From: a virus
Length of the DNA stretch: 64,000 nt
Reading direction: 5' to 3' (one strand)
Virus record (IMG/VR): IMGVR_UViG_3300014204_000020
Coordinates: 1,183 to 65,182 of that record
The translations under genes and the position numbers were made by a program. The notes beneath the pieces were generated by a model. It was given only the letters and a program-made list of their open reading frames with translations. It did no database searches and was not told the DNA's origin. Shown in pieces: positions 59,402 through 64,000 of the stretch; position 1 is the stretch's first letter, and the number at the start of each line of letters is the position of its first letter.

Positions 59402-59587
59402 ATGAAATCACAATCCATCATCATCCTATCCTTATCTGTACTGTTTTCCTTTGGTGGCTGGTGTGTTACTTTACAAACGTGGGCTGACGCTCTACACCCA
59501 CAGATGATAGGAGGACTGCTAATGATCCTTGTCTCTGTGGCTGCCAGCGCCCTGGGCGTCACCATTATCAAGAAGGAGAGACTATGA
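59402..59587 (+). CDS. Putative holin (2 TM)
   Basis: Two hydrophobic helices and a basic tail; adjacent to the endolysin. Confidence 0.55.
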   Translation: MKSQSIIILSLSVLFSFGGWCVTLQTWADALHPQMIGGLLMILVSVAASALGVTIIKKERL

Positions 59588-60081
59588 AGGCTACAATACT
59601 ATTAGTTATGTTACTACTCACAACCTTCCCTCTATACGCAGAGGAAGGTCCCGACTATGCCATAGCAACCGGCATTTCCTACAACCCCTACATGGCAGCC
59701 CCTGAAATAAGTGGCAATTTCCTATTTGCTAAAAAGGTTGCCGACAAGACTTACTCTTTCACCTTTGTGGACGTAGTTTCCAGAGATAAGACTAAATTCG
59801 CTCCCGCAACCTCGTTCACTGAAGGTGTAGGCGTGGAAACAGTAAACATTGAGAACCGCGTAAGAATCTTCGCCACCACCGGAGTAGGCGTCATTGTAGG
59901 CAGTACCCCAGGAACACTAACCACCGACAACAACACAATAGGCTATTCCTGGAACATCGGCCCAGCCCTTAGTATCCGCCTTGGCAAAGGGTGGTTTATC
60001 CTTCCCAACGCAAGGTACTTCCGTTCCGGCTTAACCGAAAGCGGCTGGATCGGAGGAGTTCTCATAGGATGGGGTAAGTAA
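59584..60081 (+). CDS. Exported beta-strand-rich protein
   Basis: Signal peptide MKATILLVMLLLTTFPLYA; alternating hydrophobic strands. Confidence 0.55.
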   Translation: MKATILLVMLLLTTFPLYAEEGPDYAIATGISYNPYMAAPEISGNFLFAKKVADKTYSFTFVDVVSRDKTKFAPATSFTEGVGVETVNIENRVRIFATTGVGVIVGSTPGTLTTDNNTIGYSWNIGPALSIRLGKGWFILPNARYFRSGLTESGWIGGVLIGWGK

Positions 60082-60083
60082 TC

Positions 60084-60668
60084 TTGCGCAACGCACTCCT
60101 GCTAACTTATCTTCTATTGGCATCTCAGGCATTTGCCGGATCTGTCACTCTTGCATGGGATGCCAATACCGAACCTGAGTTAACAGGCTATCGAATCTAT
60201 TACGGAATATCCTCCAGGCTCTATGCCTCCCACATAGATATAGGTAAAGTAACTACCTACACAGTAACCAACCTACCCTCTGGTACATGGTACTTTGCCG
60301 TCACTGCCTATAGCGCAGACACAGAAAGCTCTCTCTCCAACGAAGTTTACACAACCATAGACTCCACTCTCACACCAGTAACCATCAGCATCAACTGGGG
60401 TCCTGCAATAACCACAGTCATGGTATCCGCTCTCACAGAAAACTCAGCTACAATCGCGTGGACCACCTCCACAGAATGCAGTGGCCTTGCCTATTGGGGC
60501 TCAGACCCTTCCCGATTGTTCGCCATCCCCACAAATAACTTAGGGACAACAGACCACATTGCGCGTATAATAGGACTGAAGGGCAGAAACCATTATGTTT
60601 TCCGTGTAGAAAGCGTTTGTAATGGCAAAACGATTCAAAGCGCAATTGGCAGTTTCAATACCAAGTGA
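60084..60668 (+). CDS. Exported fibronectin type III domain protein (two Fn3)
   Basis: Signal peptide; VTLAWDAN.E..GYRIYYG...YFAVTAY...ES..SNEV; second SATI.WTT...H...GL....Y domain. Confidence 0.85.
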   Translation: MRNALLLTYLLLASQAFAGSVTLAWDANTEPELTGYRIYYGISSRLYASHIDIGKVTTYTVTNLPSGTWYFAVTAYSADTESSLSNEVYTTIDSTLTPVTISINWGPAITTVMVSALTENSATIAWTTSTECSGLAYWGSDPSRLFAIPTNNLGTTDHIARIIGLKGRNHYVFRVESVCNGKTIQSAIGSFNTK

Positions 60669-60758
60669 GGCTTTTATGGGCCTATTCGGGTGTTCCAAAG
60701 GTGTAAAACGTAGTATCAAACAAATACTGCTTACACAGCAGTCAATCAAGGAGCTTAT

Positions 60759-60966
60759 TATGGGAATTAAGGAAGATTTTGCAGCTTTTCAGTTAGCAGT
60801 CAATGAAGCACTGGACGAAATCCAGGCGGACATTGAACGGCTTAAAAACGTCAGCACAGCCACACCTCCTGAAGTCCTTACCGCCATGCAGGCAATTCAG
60901 GACAAACTTACAGCCATCAGGAACCTGGACAATCCAGTACCTCCTGTTGAAGAACCTCCTCTCTAA
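60759..60966 (+). CDS. Small coiled-coil protein
   Basis: AAGGAG RBS before MGIKEDF. Confidence 0.55.
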
Positions 60967-60973
60967 ACCTCAA

Positions 60974-61015
60974 TGGGGTGACCTTAGTACTAACTCGGGT
61001 CACCCCAAAAAATTT
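60974..61015. terminator. Hairpin, possible terminator
   Basis: TGGGGTGACC...GGTCACCCCA followed by A/T runs. Confidence 0.55.
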
Positions 61016-61027
61016 TGTCTCAAACCA

Positions 61028-61075
61028 CTATGAAATTGAAAATCACTTGACATTCCACTTTGGCATGATACCACA
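61028..61075 (+). promoter_or_regulatory. Possible promoter of the head operon
   Basis: AATCAC-TTGACA at 61047 after the hairpin; weak -10. Confidence 0.45.
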
Positions 61076-61093
61076 TGCTTGAGGACACTTAGC

Positions 61094-61701
61094 ATGCCTG
61101 CACTTAGTAAGGCACAACGTAGAGCAATGGCAATCGCAGAGCATGCACCAAATAAGCTCTATGCTAAGAACAAAGCTATGAAGAGGATGTCAAAGTCTCA
61201 GCTTCACGACTTCGCATCTACCAAGGAAAAAGGGCTGGTAACAAGAAAATCAGGAGGTAAGAAATGAAGAACTCTATGGCTCACAAGGAGAAGGCTGAGA
61301 CGCCAAAGATGGAAGCTGGATACCATAGCTCCAACTTCCTCTCTAAGGCTCTGGCTGCCAAACGGGGCAGTAAGGCCAAATCCATGAGGAAAGGCAAATA
61401 ACATGGCAAAAGGATCTTTAGCAAAAGGCATTAAATCAGGCAGTCTTACCAAGGCCCCCAAAAGTGGCAAGAGCGGGTTCGTCAGTTCTCCCGCCCAGAT
61501 GGTTAAGAAAGGTAAGTAACCATGGAAGGTGGACAGCAGGCATCCAGTTATAGTGATTCTGTAGCGATGGCTAAGGAAATAGACCCTGCCCAAAAGCGCA
61601 GGCTAAGCCGTCAACTGTCTGCAGGAGACCTTAATCTACAACGTAAGAGGCAGGGTTTTCGTAACTTGACTCCTGCAAAATCCATGAAGAAAGGTAGGTA
61701 G
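61094..61701 (+). CDS. Four tandem small basic ORFs (61094-61267, 61264-61401, 61403-61519, 61522-61701)
   Basis: Tightly coupled; Lys/Arg-rich; similar C-termini. Confidence 0.65.
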
Positions 61702-61703
61702 TC

Positions 61704-62105
61704 ATGGAACTAGCCTCTCCATCCCAAAACACCCGTAACTTCAACCTGGACTCACCACCTCCAACCCCACCTGCTACCAAAGGGGGAAGCTTCATGCCTC
61801 CTCCTGCCACAGATGGAGGTATAGGTGACCTGGCAAACTCTCCCCAACTTATGACAATGCAGGGCCTTGCCATGATCAAGGATGGCTGTCAACTGATAGC
61901 CAACGGTCTCCCCGACCTCTCTCAGATCATGTCCAATACCATAGCAGACTTTGAACAACTTATTACTCAATCACTGGCAGCCAACGTAGCAGGTCAGTCT
62001 CCTGCCGTTACTGCCCCTCCCGGAGTGGCACCAATGATGACGCCTCCTCCTGGAGGACAAATGCCCCAACCAGGGCAGGGACCCGGCCCCATGCCGGGAA
62101 TGTAA
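61704..62105 (+). CDS. Pro/Gln-rich head-associated protein
   Basis: Located before the scaffold and capsid genes. Confidence 0.55.
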   Translation: MELASPSQNTRNFNLDSPPPTPPATKGGSFMPPPATDGGIGDLANSPQLMTMQGLAMIKDGCQLIANGLPDLSQIMSNTIADFEQLITQSLAANVAGQSPAVTAPPGVAPMMTPPPGGQMPQPGQGPGPMPGM

Positions 62106-62158
62106 CACTCAGGCGCTGGACCCTTCACAATGGAGGGTAGGCACTAGGAGACAGTAAC

Positions 62159-62977
62159 ATGGCAAAGAAAAGTGTAGAAGATCTACGAGCATATTGGCAG
62201 GAGATAGCAACCAAGCAAGGTCTGGACGCAGACGTTACCTCAGCTATGGATGCAGCTCTGGGCAATGAAGCTGTAGCAAAAGCGTTCAAACAGGCATTCG
62301 TACCAGTACCTGACCATCACTCCCGTCTGGATGAGGTCAAGTCTGAATACAATGCTCGTAAAGCTGAACTGGATCAGTGGTACTCGGATACTGCGCTTCC
62401 TGCTTATCAGACAAACCTGAATGGCATTGAGCGGTTACACCAGTATGAATCAGTATACGGCCAACTTGATCCTGATTCAGTCACACGTCAGGACGCTACT
62501 AGCCTCGGTTTCAACAGTAAAGCCGAACTAGAAAAGTACCTGGATGACCGTTTCCGGGCAGAACGAGCAGGCTATATAGGGATCTCAAAGGCTATACCCA
62601 AAATGAGTGTAGACTACTACAACCGCTTCAAAGAGGTCCTTGACCCTGATGAAGTGGAGAAGATCTCAGTAGCCAAAAACCTTCCTCCTGACCTAGCTTA
62701 CAAGGAGTACATCTCCCCAAGAGTGGAGGCTCAGCAAAAGGAAGACTACGAAAAGGCCATCAAAGAAGCTCGTGAGGCCGGAGCCCGTGACGCCTTATCC
62801 AAGGTCAATCTCCCCATAGATGGCACCCCCAAAGAATACTCTCCGTTTTATGAGAGGTCAGTCGCCTCGGAGGCCAAGCCTGTTTCAGAAGCTGATTCAG
62901 ACCGTTCCTCCAGAAGTGCATTCATAGATGGGTGGAACGACTATGCAGAGCAAATTGCAAACAAAAACCGCCCTTAA
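62159..62977 (+). CDS. Putative capsid scaffolding protein
   Basis: Charged and helical; immediately upstream of the MCP; AGGAG RBS. Confidence 0.65.
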   Translation: MAKKSVEDLRAYWQEIATKQGLDADVTSAMDAALGNEAVAKAFKQAFVPVPDHHSRLDEVKSEYNARKAELDQWYSDTALPAYQTNLNGIERLHQYESVYGQLDPDSVTRQDATSLGFNSKAELEKYLDDRFRAERAGYIGISKAIPKMSVDYYNRFKEVLDPDEVEKISVAKNLPPDLAYKEYISPRVEAQQKEDYEKAIKEAREAGARDALSKVNLPIDGTPKEYSPFYERSVASEAKPVSEADSDRSSRSAFIDGWNDYAEQIANKNRP

Positions 62978-62999
62978 CTTTAAGGGCAGGAGTTAATAT

Positions 63000-64000
63000 A
63001 TGGCTGAGTTCGATCAGATTACGGTGGCAACACACCGATTCATCAGAAAGACTCCCAAACTTATAGATATGGTTTTCCAAAACGATCCACTTTTGGCATA
63101 CCTTAAGTTGAATGTCAGGGAGGATTTTGATGGTGGCCGTTTTATTGGAGAAAACTTCTACTACAACGGCTTAATCGGTGGTTCCTACCTTCAAGGTAAA
63201 GAGTTCGACATCACCGAACCTCAGATTGAACAGCAATTACAGTTCAATGTGAAGTTCTTTCAAGTCAACGTCACCCTCTCGAAAGAGGATATTCAGGTCA
63301 TCAACAAAGGCCCAAATGCAGCCTTCAAGCTCATTGAGTCTCGTATGACCAACGCTTATATGTCTATTGGTGCTCACATGGCCATTGGCTTGTACCTCAA
63401 TGGTATCAACGCCAACTACACCCCTAACTGGAATGGTCTTCCTGAAGCACTCAACGACAACTCCACCGCTTCCTACGACGGAAACACCTACTCTACTTAC
63501 GGTACCATCACTCGTGGTGGTGCAGTAGGCAGTGTACTCAACTCCGTCCCTGTGAACGTGGCAGGCACCATTGAGTACAACACCCTTGAGGAAACCTTCA
63601 GTTCCGCCAGTTATGGTGCCATCGAGCCCAACATTGGTGTAACTACTGTTCTGGCCTACTCCTACATCAAGGAGAAGTTCCAGACCCAACAGCGGTTCAA
63701 TGAAGTTCAGGACCCCAAAATTGGATTCAACGGCCTGAAGTTCAACACTGCAGTCCTGATGAAGTCCCGGTATTGTCCCGGCACCTACATCAGCGGCACC
63801 GGCGATCCAATCGCCGTCACCTACGTCAAGCAGATGTCTAATGGGGCATTAACCGAGTATCCAACACTCACCGCAGAAACCTTGTGGTGGCTGAACGCTC
63901 GTAAGCCATATGCCAACATGTACATCAGCAACGATCCGGAATTTGGACTCGGCTTCACTGGGTTCAAGCCTGGTCAAGGAAACACCAAGGTTGCGGGACA
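63000..64000 (+). CDS. Major capsid protein (3'-truncated, not in ORF track)
   Basis: AGGAG RBS; MAEFDQITVATHRFIRKTPKLIDMVFQNDPLLAYLK...FDGG..., later NGL...YG.ITR and QQRF...GFNGLKF; P22/SU10-like coat pattern; open to the window end. Confidence 0.85.
   Translation, partial: MAEFDQITVATHRFIRKTPKLIDMVFQNDPLLAYLKLNVREDFDGGRFIGENFYYNGLIGGSYLQGKEFDITEPQIEQQLQFNVKFFQVNVTLSKEDIQVINKGPNAAFKLIESRMTNAYMSIGAHMAIGLYLNGINANYTPNWNGLPEALNDNSTASYDGNTYSTYGTITRGGAVGSVLNSVPVNVAGTIEYNTLEETFSSASYGAIEPNIGVTTVLAYSYIKEKFQTQQRFNEVQDPKIGFNGLKFNTAVLMKSRYCPGTYISGTGDPIAVTYVKQMSNGALTEYPTLTAETLWWLNARKPYANMYISNDPEFGLGFTGFKPGQGNTKVAG

Noticed and set aside
1-64000. Integrase/lysogeny module, reverse transcriptase/DGR, phage RNA polymerase
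   Set aside because: No corresponding motifs were recognised in any ORF; a small part of the genome lies outside the window.

Overview
The window is almost all of a tailed dsDNA phage genome, probably podovirus-like: it has ejection-type proteins and no tape-measure or sheath gene was recognised. It opens inside a head-tail adaptor gene and ends inside the major capsid gene. Layout: 1-14.5 kb (+) virion tail and ejection genes; 14.5-21.8 kb (-) a large glycosyltransferase/methyltransferase cluster; 22-33.6 kb (-) replication and recombination genes (split UDG-fused DNA polymerase A, three tRNAs, SSB-like protein, AAA ATPase, PD-(D/E)XK nuclease); 33.9-35.1 kb a RepA-like helicase followed by an iteron-like repeat field; 35-45.6 kb (-) small early genes; 46-64 kb (+) split terminase, portal, fibres, lysis genes, scaffold and capsid. 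The main candidate for a new system is a compact phage-encoded ubiquitin-like conjugation operon at 38.9-43.4 kb (E2-like, JAB, E1 and a Ubl ending GG-R). Other notable signals are a ~270-nt tRNA-like structured RNA bracketed by a perfect 18-bp direct repeat, an H-type pseudoknot covering the helicase RBS, atypical tRNAs, a His762 PolA, and three normally single genes that are split (PolA, TerL, tail nozzle). All calls come from reading motifs by eye; no database search was run.
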